Below, in pieces: positions 10,716 to 21,629 of a stretch of 64,000 bases of DNA; position 1 is the stretch's first letter; each line of letters starts with the position of its first letter. The notes under the pieces are model-generated. The model was not told where the DNA came from and searched no databases. It was given only the letters and a program-made list of their open reading frames with translations. A program made the translations under genes and the position numbers. The stretch is from Phyllobates terribilis (lineage: Eukaryota): NCBI RefSeq assembly GCF_046119375.1, contig NW_027362762.1:262942001-263006000 (forward strand). The letters run 5' to 3'.

Positions 10716-11099
10716 GCATGCTCAGGCTATGGTTCCCGTTGAGGACTTCTGAGGACTGATACAGCTGCATATATAAATCCTGATGATAGCAGAAGTTAGG
10801 CAGGCAGAGTTTGTTAACACTGTATACAGCAGAATAGGGTCCATTGCATGTTCTGTCTACTGCTGCTCTTACAGATTTCCATAGCTTTAGATATCAGGGC
10901 TAATTTTTTTTTTTACTCTTAATCCTGATTATTTGCTTAAAAAAGCAATACAGTACACAATTTTACTTCTCCATTTGCTTTTTGGCAGAATACAGCCAGA
11001 TTTTTGAATGGGGGGTTGCATGCACGTGTCTTCTTGCGCAAAGTGTCATCTGGAGCTAAGTGGCAGTTACTACATCGGCCATGGACTAACACCCGTCTG

Positions 11100-11580
11100 C
11101 ATCTCTCTTCATACAGGTACAATTTCTGCTTGCTGCACAATTCCTCTGCTTACTGTATGTGTCATCTGCTGCTCTGTTCCACTGAATCAATTTAATGGAA
11201 AAATCTCTGCTTGCTGAACAATTCCCCTGCTTGCTGTATGTGTCATCTGCTGCTCTGTTCCCCGGAATCAATTTAATGGTACAATCTCTGATTGCTGCAT
11301 AATTCCTCTACTTACTGTATGTGTCATCTGCTGCTCTGTTCCACTGAATCAATTTAATGGAACAATCTCTGCTTGTTGAACAATTCCCCTGCTTGCTGTA
11401 TGTGTCATCTGCTGCTCTGTTCCCCTGAATCAATTTAATGGTACAATCTCTGCTTGCTGCACAATTCCTCTGCTTGCTGTATGTGTCATCTGCTGCTCTG
11501 TTCCCCTGAATCAATTTAATGGTACAATCTCTGCTTGCTGCACAATTCCTCTGCATGATATATTTCTGCTATATGTCATC
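11100..11580 (+). repeat. 81-bp tandem array (~6 copies) inside hAT-2
   Basis: GTCATCTGC recurs at 11161, 11242, 11323, 11404 and 11485. Confidence 0.85.
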
Positions 11581-11589
11581 TCTTACATT

Positions 11590-14500
11590 CCATTCAATAC
11601 TTACTGATACTTACTCTCTTTAAGCTATGTTTCTGTTTGTTTTCACTCTCTCCCCAATAGTCCTCAACTTTCTACTAACCCCCCTAATCCCTGCACCTAG
11701 TAATAAACTCTTCATCTCTCCCTCCATCCTCCCCATCCATCTCACCTCCTCCTCAGAACTATTCCTCAATATTCACTCCTGTATCTCCAAACACAGACAG
11801 ACACTTCATGCCCTCTCCTGCTCCCACCTGCTAACAATTTCCCTGCTACTTCTCACTGTTGGCTACATCCCTCCAAGTCCTGGTCCTCCTCACCACATCC
11901 CCACAGTCACTTCCACCTTCTATCTACGATCTATCACAAACTCTCGCAACCTTTCTAACCTCATAGCCATTCACCCAGTCCCCAATTCCCCAGTCGCACT
12001 AACAGGATCTCTATGGAACGCTTTCTCCGTCTGCAACAAACTTCCCTACATTCATGATCTTTTCATCACTAACAAACTTTCCTTCCTTGCCATCACCGAA
12101 ACCTGGCTCACCTCCTCTGAAAAAGCCTCACCAGCTGCACTCTTGTACAGCAGATTCCACCTTTCCCATACCCTCTGCCCCCGCAGCAAACATGGTGGAG
12201 GCGTAGGTTTTCTCCTGTCCGATACTTGCACCTTCACCCAAATCCCACTGCCATCCTCCGTTACTCTCCCCTCTTTTGAGGTTCACTGTGTGCGCATCTA
12301 CTCCCCCTCCAACCTCCAACTGGCTGTCATTTACCGCCCCCCAGGGCCAGCCACCACCTTCTTCAACCACTTCACCACCTGGCTGCTTCATTTCCTTTCC
12401 ACTGACATTACCACTATCATCATGGGCGACTTCAACATCCCCATTGACACATCCCACTCATCTGTCTCTAAACTCCTATCCCTCACTTCCTCCTTCGGCC
12501 TTGCTCAATGGTCTTTCTCAGCCACTCACAAAGATGGCCACACACTGGACCTTGTCTTCACCCGCCTCTGTTCCCTATCAAACCTCTCTAACTCTCCTCT
12601 CCCTCTTTCTCACCACAACCTACTTACATTCTCTGCCCTCTCCTCTCCAGGTCCACAATCCCCACTTCACAAAATTGCCCACCCTCGCAGAAATCTCAAA
12701 CACCTTGACCTATACTCACTCTCTGATTCCCTCCTCTCTCTTACAGATATAAATTCCTTACACAATTCAGATGTTGCTGTTGCTTTATATAACACCACAA
12801 CAGCTGCAGTGTTAGAACCTTGCTGTTAGGTTTTTTTTCCTTTGCTGGTCACATGACCTTGTTGGCCTATTTAATCCTGCTCCGCCCTTCTGGCTTTGCT
12901 GGACTTCATTGTATATCTACTTTCTAGCTAGCCTGTGCTCTGTATCTAGCTCTGTTAGTTTGCTTGGTCTACGGACCTCTATGTTCTATCTATTTTGTTT
13001 GTTCGTCTGTCTGCTACTATTTCTGTTAGGAGGTGTCCCATATTCCTCCCAGTCCTTAGTACTTGTAGGGATTCCCTCCCCACATCTATAGGTCCCCGTA
13101 CAGACTAGATTAGGACTTTAGCAGGTCTGATCGCAGGATCAGGTTCCCTGTTACATCGTAGGGATTCAGCTGAGTCCTATAGTAGGGACAGATCTCCTCT
13201 CTTTCCTTAGCTTTGGTAGCAGAACATAACATGCAGCTCTCGATTCAGTCGCCCCTCTCACACATACCAAAGCTTGCACAATCAAAAGGCAACCCTGCCA
13301 CACCAACCTGACTAAAGAACTGGGATGGGCCTCCATGGTTGCTGAGTGAAGATGGAAAAGGTCCCATTCCAACGAGCACTTCATTGCATTCAAACAATTC
13401 CTCACTATTTTCAAGTCCAAATTCACTGCAGCAAAACAAACCTACTTCCTATCCTCCCTGTCTCACAACCCTAAACAGCTATTCAACACTTTCAATTCTC
13501 TCCTCCATCCCCCAGCGCCTCCTCCCTCTCCTCTCAGCTGAAGAATTTGCTTCATTCTTCAAGCAGAAGATTGACATCAGACAAAGCTTTTACCTAAAGT
13601 TCCCACAGCCCCTTCTCATATCTACTCAACCATCATCATCCAAAACCAACTTCTCCAACATTACAGAAGATAAAGTTTCCTCTTTACTCTCCAAATCACA
13701 CCTCACCACCTGTGAACTTGACCCAATCCCATCCCACCTCATCTCTAACCTTACCAGTCTTCATCCCAACCCTAACCCACCTCTTCAACCTATCACTAAC
13801 AACTGGTGTCTTCCCCTCATGTTTCAAACATGCCTCAATCACACCCATCCTCAAAAAGCCCACCTTGACCCATTCTCTCTGACTAGATATCGCTCCATAT
13901 CACTTCTCCCCTGTGCCTCAAAACTACTGGAACAACACGTCCACCTTGAACTGTCCTCCCACCTCTACTCCTGCTCCCTCTTCGACCTTTTACAAGCTGG
14001 CTTCTGACAGCATCACTCCACTGAAACTGTCCTGACTAAAGTCACCAACGACCTACTAACCGCCAAATCCAAGTTACACTACTTTGACTTCCTCCTCCTG
14101 GACCTGTCATCTGCCCTCGACACAGTGGACCCAATTACTACAGACTCTCATCTCTTGGCATCACGGACTTGGCCCTATCTTGGATCTCTTCATACCTAAC
14201 AGACAAGACATGCAGCATCTCCCACTCACACACCACCTCCTTATCTCACCCCATATCTGTCGGTGTTCCCCAAGGCTCAGTTCTATGGCCCCTTCTCTTC
14301 TCCATCTACACCTTTGGCCTGGGACAGCTCATAGAGTCTCATGGCTTTCAGTATCACTCCTATGCTGATGACACACAGATCTATATCTCTGGACCTGATA
14401 TCAACTCCTTACTAACCAGAATCACACAATGCCTGTCTGCTATTTCATCCTTCTTCTCTGCTAGATTTCTAAAACTTATCATGGATAAAACAGAATTCAT

Positions 14501-15356
14501 CAGCTTTCCCCCACCTCACTCAATGCCCCCATCTGACCTATCCATCAAAGTTAATGTCTGCCCACTATCCCCAGTCCCACAAGCTCTCTGCCTCAGGGTA
14601 ACCCTGGACTCTGATCTCTCCTTCAAACCACAAATCCAAGCCCTTTCCACTTCCTGATGACTCCAACTCAAAAATATCTCCCAGATCTGCACATTCCTCA
14701 GCAAAGACTCTGCCAAAACGCTAGTGCACGCACTCATCATCTCTCGCCTCAACTACTGCAACCTCCTGCTCTGTCGCCTCCCTTCTAACACTCACGCACC
14801 CCTCCAATCTATCCTAAACTCCGCTGCCCGACTAATCCACCTGTCCCCCCACTATTCCCCAGCCTCTCCCCTCTGTCAGTCCCTTCACTAGCTCCCCATT
14901 GCCCAGAGACTTAAGTTCAAGACCCTAACCTTGACATACAAAGCCACCCACAACCTGTCTCTTCCATACATCTGTGACCTAGTCTCCGGGTACTTACCTT
15001 CACGCAACCTCCCATGCACCCCCCCTACTCTGGAACTCTATACCCCAAAATATCAGACTCTTGCCTACCATGGAAACCTTCAAAAGGAACCTGAAGACCT
15101 ACCTCTTCCGACAAGCGTACAACCTGCAGTAACCACTGCTCCACCATACTGCTGCACAACCAGCTCCACCATCACCTATGGTATCCTAACCCATCCCTTG
15201 TAGATTGTGAGCCCTCACAGGCAGGGTCCTTTCTCCTCCTGTACTTTGCTGACTCATTTTGTTCAAGACTATTATAAGTGTTTTTTGCTTTGCATAACCC
15301 TTTTTTCACATGTAAATCGCCATGGACTAAATGGTGCTATAATAATAAATAATAAT
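11590..15356 (+). mobile_element. L2-clade LINE, near full ORF2, decayed, interrupted by a solo LTR
   Basis: APE motifs ITETWL, GGGVG, VIYRPPG, GDFNI and THKDGHTLDLVF. RT motifs [27 protein letters not shown] and YADDTQIY. 3' end CATGGACTAAATGGTGCTATAATAATAAATAATAAT. Multiple stops and frameshifts. Confidence 0.9.
12810..13231 (+). mobile_element. Solo LTR of family B (422 bp) in the L2
   Basis: TGTTAGAACC...CATAACA, near-identical to the LTRs at 16493 and 20159. 5-bp TSD TGCAG (12805-12809 and 13232-13236). Confidence 0.95.
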
Positions 15357-15753
15357 CTTTTTTTTTTCTTCTATTCACATTGCTGTATTGTGGAAACAGA
15401 GAAACTTTTCCATCATCGGATGTGACCCCATATTACTGCAGTAATAATACAGACATTTTGTGGAGCATGCCAAATATTACCCTCCATTTAAAGTCTGCCA
15501 CTTGGGTGTTGTTCATCCTATTCACACTTGGCCACTGACCAATACCACATCTATAAGACCACTTCCTAAAACCATGGTCATCAGACATGATCCCATATTA
15601 CTGCAGTAATAATCCTGAAATTTTTGGGAGCGTGTCAAATATTATACTCCATTTAAAGTCTGCCAGTTGTGTGTTCAAACCTATTCACAGTTGGTTGCTG
15701 ACATACCATATCTGTGAACAATGTTGTCAGAGTATTACTCCACTTTCACGGAC

Positions 15754-16260
15754 TGTGGTAAAATGGCTTGCTTGGCTGTATACGCAGGTAGACATGGAAC
15801 ACTGTCTCTCTAAGTTTTTTGGTTGGTTTATTAAAACGTCATAAACGAACCTAGAGTTCATAAAGGAAATACAACCCATTTGGCATAACGGCAAAAACAA
15901 AATACAAAGATGCAGCACAGTCCGTATATTGGCCGGGTTACGGCCACTCAGAGTTAACCACAAACGGTTCAGCACAATACATGCAAGCTCCTCCCTGGAG
16001 CAAGTCTCTCCAGATACTGTCCCCCAACACTTGATTCAAAAGGCTGGACATAACCAGACCACACCCTGAGGTGGAGATATGGAGAAAAACCTCCCGCCCG
16101 CTCTATGGTTGTTCTCATAAAACACGCCCTTTTAAACATGGCTGATTAACCCTCTCTACATCTATCATGCAGGGGAAAACTTCCATGTTTCATATCACAG
16201 ATGGCAATAGCTCAGTGAAACATATCTCCCCTCCAGTATTCTGCCAGTGACTATGTCACA
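15754..16260 (-). mobile_element. Solo LTR (family E, 507 bp)
   Basis: TG...CA ends (TGTGGTAA...TGTCACA). 4-bp TSD GGAC (15750-15753 and 16261-16264). AATAAA on the minus strand. Related to 20974-21475. Confidence 0.8.
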
Positions 16261-16926
16261 GGACTGACAATAAAACATTCCAAAACTAAGCTAAATTGAA
16301 TTTTCCTGGAAGAAATGTCAAGAAACATTCTTTGAAGGGTCATGACTTGTATAGAAGGCCAAATAAATTAGAAAAAAAACTATAAAACACACAGCAGGAT
16401 CTTTAGTATAAAAACCAGACTTGCCAATGTAACCACTTAATCCTTGCAAGCTTCAACACAATGTTCACAAGATAGACAGCAGCAGTGGTCGCTGTTATGT
16501 TCTGCTACCAAAGCTAAGGAAAGAGAGGAGATCTGTCCCTACTATAAGACTCAGCTGAATCCCTACGATGTAACAGGGAACCTGATCCTGCGATCAGACC
16601 TGCTAAAGTCCTAATCTAGTCTGTACGGAGACCTATAGATTTGGGGAGGGAATCCCTACAAGTACTAAGGACTGGGAGGTATATGGGACACCTCCTAACA
16701 GAAATAGTAGCAGACAGACGAACAAACAAAATAGATAGAACATAGAGGTCCGTAGACCAAGCAAACTAACAGAGTTAGATACAGAGCACAGGCTAGCTAG
16801 AAAGTAGATATACAATGAAGTCCAGCAAAGCCAGAAGGGCGGAGCAGGATTAAATAGGCCAACAAGGTCATGTGACCAGCAAAGGAAAAAAAACCTAACA
16901 GCAAGGTTCTAACAGTACCCCCCCTT

Positions 16927-19900
16927 CTAAGAGGATCCTCCGGATCCCCTAGGACCAGGCTTATCAGGAAATCTCCTGTGAAACGCTCTGATAAGTCTGG
17001 ACGCGGAAACATCATCTGACCTCACCCAAGAGTTATCCTCGGGTCCGAAACCTTTCCAGGCCACAAGATACTGCAAACTACCTCTATACCGTCTAGAGTC
17101 AAGGATGCGAGAAATTTCATATTCCCCGTCCTCCACCACCGGAGGAACAGAGGCAGAGGCGTCACCATCCGACACAAGAGCTTTTTTTAACAGAGAGACA
17201 TGAAAGACCGGATTAATTCTCCAGGAGGTAGGAACCTCCAACCTAACAGCAGATTGGTTGACAACCTGAAGCACCTTAAAGGGCCCTACAAACTTGGGAC
17301 CCAATTTCTTAGAAGGAATCCTCAACCGCAGATTCCTAGAGGACAACCAAACCATGTCACCAACAGCGAACAAAACCTCCTGTCGTTTCCTATCAAAGTA
17401 GTCTTTAGATTTTCTGTTGGCCTCCTGAAGATTACCACGCACATCCGTCCAAACTCTTTCCAAATCACCGGCTATGGGAGAAAAACTGCGAGACAAGGCA
17501 TCCGCCTTAACATTCTTAGTACCAGGGATGTAAGTAACGGAGAAATTAAACCGCGAGAAAAACAGTGCCCACCTAGCCTGACGGGCATTCAGGCGCTTGG
17601 CAGCGTCAAGATATATCAGATTTTTATGATCCGTAAGAACCTGAACGGGAAATTCCGCACCTTCCAAGAAGTGGCGCCAGTGTTCAAATGCGAGTTTAAT
17701 AGCCAATAATTCCCGATTACCAATATCGTAATTCAATTCAGTCTCCGAAAATTTTTTTGAAAAAAATGCACAGGGATGTAATCCATCCCCGTTATCCTGA
17801 GACAATACTGCGCCAACCCCCACAGAGGAAGCATCAACCTCAACCAAAAACGGCCTAGTAACATCAGGCTGCATAAGGATGGGAGCAGAGGTGAACCTCT
17901 CCTTGAGATACACAAAAGCTTCAATGGCCTCAGAAGACCACTGAACCGCATCAGCACCTTTCCTGGTGAGATCAGTCAGAGGTTTGACAATACTAGAAAA
18001 ATTTTTTATGAATTTTCTATAGTAATTGGCGAAACCCAAAAACCTCTGTATCGATTTCAAACCAATAGGCCTAGGCCATTCCTGCACAGCCCGAACCTTA
18101 ACCGGATCCATCTCAAAACCTTTGCTGGAGATAATGTAGCCCAAAAAACTAATTCTCTGTACAGCGAACTCACATTTCTCCAGCTTAGCAAAAAGCGAAT
18201 TGTCCATTAATAACTGTAATACCTCACGCACGCTCCGCCAATGAGACTCCAGATCTGGCGAATAAATCAAAATGTCATCCAAATACACAACCACATTTTT
18301 ACCGATCAAAGGTCTAAGGATGTCATTAATCAGATTCTGAAAAAATGCAGGAGCATTAGTAAGACCAAAAGGCATAACCAGATTCTCAAAATGACCCACA
18401 GGAGTGTTAAAAGCAGTCTTCCATTCATCACCCTCCTTCATGCGCAACAGATTGTATGCCCCCTTAAGGTCAATTTTAGAGAACCACTTGGCCCCCAATA
18501 ACTGGTTAAACAGATCAGGAATCAATGGCAGTGGGTAAGGATTGCGTACCGTAATTTTGTTAATCTCACGAAAATCCAGACAAGGACGTAAACCGCCGTC
18601 CTTTTTTTTTACAAAAAAAAATCCAACCGCCACAGGAGACTTAGAGGGCCTAATGTGACCGGCGGCCAAACTTGTCTGTATGTATTCCTCCAAAGCCTTC
18701 CTCTCAGGAATAGTAAGGTTAAATAAACGACTTTTAGGAAGAGTCGCTCCAGGGACAAATTCAATAGAACAATCATAGTCTCTATGAGGAGGCAAAACCT
18801 GCGATTCTTTCTCAGAAAAAACTCTCCAAAAATCCTGAATAGGAACAGGCAATTCTCCCCTATCCAAAGCTGCAATACGCCCGTTACAACACTTGTCATA
18901 ACATTTATGGCTCCAGGATTTAATTTCACTGGTAGACCAATCCAGTACAGGATTGTGAAATTTTAACCAGGGCAAACCCAATATTACTGGAGAAGGCAAG
19001 TTATTCAACACTACCAAATCCAATTTCTCATGGTGAACACCATTAATAGTGAGAGGAAATTCACTGACCTTGAGAGTAATATTCTTCAAAGGGGAGCCAT
19101 CCACAGAAACCACAGCAATGGGGGATGATAAAGGTTCAGGTTTTAAATTGAGTTTTTCCACAAATCCCCCATCAATAACATTCAGTGTAGACCCGCAATC
19201 AACAAACACCCGAAATTCCATTAATTTTTCCTGAGCAATCGTGGAAGCAGCTAAAAATATACCCTTGGAATTTAAACAGGCAATACGGGCGTGACTGACC
19301 ATTTTTTTTTCTTTCTTCATACGAAGCTCACAGCCTTTAATCAAATGACCAGATTTCCCGCAATAGAAACACAAGCCTTCTGAAAAACGACGGTGTTTTT
19401 CTTGAGAGCGAGGTGCCACCGATCCAATCTCCATCGGTTCACCACTGTTAGTACACACATTATCATAACCAGAAACTGACATAGCAGAGGATTTGCTCTC
19501 ATTAACCCTAGCACGCAGTCTTCTATCCACCCGTATAGCTAATTGCATAGCCTGTTGCAAATCCTCAGGTGTAGGATAAGCAATTAGCAGGTCTTTAACC
19601 TTTTCACTGAGCCCAGCAAGAAATAGACTTTTCAGAGCAGAATCGTTCCACCCTGTTTGAGTGGACCAACGACGAAAATGTGTACAATATTTTTCCATAT
19701 TACCTGATCCTTGTTTTAAACGTCTCAACTCAGTCTCAGCTGATGCCACACGGTCAGGATCATCATATAATAGTCCTAAAGCAGAAAAAAAACTATCCAC
19801 TGATCTGAAGCATGTATCACTAGGTTGCAAAGAAAAGGCCCACTCCTGAGGCTCTTTGCGCAAAAGTGACATTATGAACCCTACGCGCTGGGATTCATCC

Positions 19901-20109
19901 CCAGAGGACTTGGGTCTCAAACGAAAATACAATAAGCAAGCATTTTTAAATGAAAAAAATTCTCGATGTTCACCAAAAAATAAATCCGGCAAACATACCT
20001 TAGGCTCCAAGAAATATGCTCCAGGACAGTTACTCACGTGCTGACGGAGCTCGGCCACTTCCAGAGAGAGTCCCTGCAGGTGTTTAGCCAAATCCTGAAC
20101 CGACACCAT
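16927..20109 (-). CDS. Gag-protease-RT-RNase H-GPY/F-chromodomain polyprotein, 1060 aa, lacking IN zinc finger and catalytic core
   Basis: Gag (RVGFIMSLLRKEPQEWA), CCHC CFYCGKSGHLIKGC, PR FVDCGST, RT YLDDILIY, and RNase H VDASSVGVGAVL..TDHKNL..KADALSR. This is joined directly to VGDMVWLS..GPKFVGPF..FHVSLLK and the chromodomain YEISRILDSR..YLVAWKGFGPEDNSW. Confidence 0.93.
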   Translation of the reverse strand: MVSVQDLAKHLQGLSLEVAELRQHVSNCPGAYFLEPKVCLPDLFFGEHREFFSFKNACLLYFRLRPKSSGDESQRVGFIMSLLRKEPQEWAFSLQPSDTCFRSVDSFFSALGLLYDDPDRVASAETELRRLKQGSGNMEKYCTHFRRWSTQTGWNDSALKSLFLAGLSEKVKDLLIAYPTPEDLQQAMQLAIRVDRRLRARVNESKSSAMSVSGYDNVCTNSGEPMEIGSVAPRSQEKHRRFSEGLCFYCGKSGHLIKGCELRMKKEKKMVSHARIACLNSKGIFLAASTIAQEKLMEFRVFVDCGSTLNVIDGGFVEKLNLKPEPLSSPIAVVSVDGSPLKNITLKVSEFPLTINGVHHEKLDLVVLNNLPSPVILGLPWLKFHNPVLDWSTSEIKSWSHKCYDKCCNGRIAALDRGELPVPIQDFWRVFSEKESQVLPPHRDYDCSIEFVPGATLPKSRLFNLTIPERKALEEYIQTSLAAGHIRPSKSPVAVGFFFVKKKDGGLRPCLDFREINKITVRNPYPLPLIPDLFNQLLGAKWFSKIDLKGAYNLLRMKEGDEWKTAFNTPVGHFENLVMPFGLTNAPAFFQNLINDILRPLIGKNVVVYLDDILIYSPDLESHWRSVREVLQLLMDNSLFAKLEKCEFAVQRISFLGYIISSKGFEMDPVKVRAVQEWPRPIGLKSIQRFLGFANYYRKFIKNFSSIVKPLTDLTRKGADAVQWSSEAIEAFVYLKERFTSAPILMQPDVTRPFLVEVDASSVGVGAVLSQDNGDGLHPCAFFSKKFSETELNYDIGNRELLAIKLAFEHWRHFLEGAEFPVQVLTDHKNLIYLDAAKRLNARQARWALFFSRFNFSVTYIPGTKNVKADALSRSFSPIAGDLERVWTDVRGNLQEANRKSKDYFDRKRQEVLFAVGDMVWLSSRNLRLRIPSKKLGPKFVGPFKVLQVVNQSAVRLEVPTSWRINPVFHVSLLKKALVSDGDASASVPPVVEDGEYEISRILDSRRYRGSLQYLVAWKGFGPEDNSWVRSDDVSASRLIRAFHRRFPDKPGPRGSGGSS

Positions 20110-20147
20110 GATGGAACAAAAAAAATCTTTCCTTAGAGAATTTACAG

Positions 20148-20156
20148 GCTGGACTT
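20148..20156 (-). promoter_or_regulatory. Putative self-priming primer-binding site of element B
   Basis: Minus-strand AAGTCCAGC lies 2 nt after the 5' LTR and is complementary to GCTGGACTT, which starts at 20492, 30 nt after TATTTAA (20522). Confidence 0.72.
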
Positions 20157-21590
20157 ACTGTTATGTTCTGCTACCAAAGCTAAGGAAAGAGAGGAGATCT
20201 GTCCCTACTATAAGACTCAGCTGAATCCCTACGATGTAACAGGGAACCTGATCCTGCGATCAGACCTGCTAAAGTCCTAATCTAGTCTGTACGGAGACCT
20301 ATAGATTTGGGGAGGGAATCCCTACAAGTACTAAGGACTGGGAGGTATATGGGACACCTCCTAACAGAAATAGTAGCAGACAGACGAACAAACAAAATAG
20401 ATAGAACATAGAGGTCCGTAGACCAAGCAAACTAACAGAGTTAGATACAGAGCACAGGCTAGCTAGAAAGTAGATATACAATGAAGTCCAGCAAAGCCAG
20501 AAGGGCGGAGCAGGATTAAATAGGCCAACAAGGTCATGTGACCAGCAAAGGAAAAAAAACCTAACAGCAAGGTTCTAACAGTCGCTTCCCTAGACACGGC
20601 ACATCATGGTTTGATATGAGCACCCAGTGCCAGAGGCGAAGCCATCCACAATTTCCATATCTCAGGAATTGTATTTGGTAGACTGGCTGCTGTGGGGATT
20701 CCTACTAACTTGAGAGCATCGTCGTCAATGTTCACAAGGTAGACAGCAGCAGTGGTTGCTCCCCTAGACAACGAGCAAACTTCTTCGTGATGGTAGAAGC
20801 CACCATCTCCTTAGCTTGCTGCTTGGTACTTTTCTGTGGGAATGAGCTTGGCTCCAAGCAGCCAGGCATATGCAGCGAATTGCACGTCATGGTTTGGTAT
20901 GAGTACCCAGTACCAGAGGCGAAGCCATCCACAATTTCCATGTCTCAAGAATTTTATTTGGTAGACTGGCTGCTGTGGGGTTTCTACTCACTTGGGAGCA
21001 TCGGTAGTCAAAACAGGAAGCGTTTCCATTTAAAGGTCCATTCTGGTTTATTGCAGTGTCATGAACTAGCCATAAGCAATGGAAAATAAACAGCCTTCTG
21101 TTCAGGCAAACAAAGTAAACAGTTCTTTAGGCAAAGTCTATTGAGAACCAGTCCTAGTCACACGGCTGTAAAGCATCCAGTACACCGGCTCAGTTTGCAG
21201 ATACCACACAGAAGGACCTCTTCCTCCTCACACAGAGACCATGTGTCAAACAATGGACTCCATTTTACCTAGCTAACCACACCCAGAGGTGATGTATGTG
21301 GGTAACCAGACCCGCCCATCTCTTTGGCTACCTGTAAAACCTGGGCCTAGATGCACCAAACAATCCTCTTATTGCTTATCTGCTGTAGACCAATATTCCA
21401 GGATTATATCACAGGCAACAGCCATCTTTGTGACACATACCTACCATCCACTATGTGTCCATTAGCCACCTTACATTGCCAAAACATTAGTTTCTCACAA
21501 AGGAGCTGAAGACACTGAGTGGCAGTAGGTGCAAGTTTCTCCAGCATGAGCTGTTTGTTAAATATCAGAGGGAGAACAGAATTGGGCTTT

Positions 21591-21629
21591 GTTATTTTAT
21601 TATTATTATTTATTATTATTATATTATTA
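21591..21629. repeat. (TTA)n-like microsatellite
   Basis: TTATTTTATTATTATTATTTATTATTATTATATTATTAT; resembles an inverted L2 tail. Confidence 0.7.

Larger units (their letters stand above)
4797..10745 (+). mobile_element. Non-autonomous Gypsy-type LTR element A (Gag-only, giant LTRs)
   Basis: Two TG...CA direct repeats (4797-7084 and 8617-10715). Polypurine tract at 8590-8616. CTTCT at 4792-4796 and 10746-10750; the empty site CAGTCCTTCTGAGGACT is seen in the paralogous hAT at ~30350. About 30 extra bp follow the 3' LTR. Confidence 0.9.
4399..15753 (+). mobile_element. Second hAT (hAT-2) 5' part nested in hAT-1; right TIR not found
   Basis: Starts TAGTGATAAATGAGCATGCTC. Sequence is colinear with 29980-30900 once the LTR element and L2 are removed. 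The right boundary is approximate. Confidence 0.7.
16493..20580 (-). mobile_element. Chromoviral (Tf1/sushi-like) Gypsy element B, two identical 422-bp LTRs, integrase core deleted
   Basis: LTRs at 16493-16914 and 20159-20580 are identical by eye. TSD GTCGC (16488-16492 and 20581-20585). Polypurine tract at 16915-16935. Confidence 0.96.
16428..21475 (-). mobile_element. One-LTR element (family F) with a duplicated LTR-internal junction; host of Gypsy B
   Basis: LTR-like 20974-21475 is related to family E. A ~250-bp direct repeat spans the LTR end and adjacent sequence (20690-21000 vs 16460-16492 plus 20581-20720). Flanked by the 7-bp direct repeat TTGCCAA (16421-16427 and 21476-21482). Confidence 0.55.

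Noticed and set aside
11590-15356. Potentially active L2
   Set aside because: Split by a solo LTR, with many stops and frameshifts in the RT region.
19180-19200. Protease active site DCG instead of DSG/DTG in element B
   Set aside because: The catalytic Asp and Gly are kept. It cannot be called inactivating or novel without an alignment.
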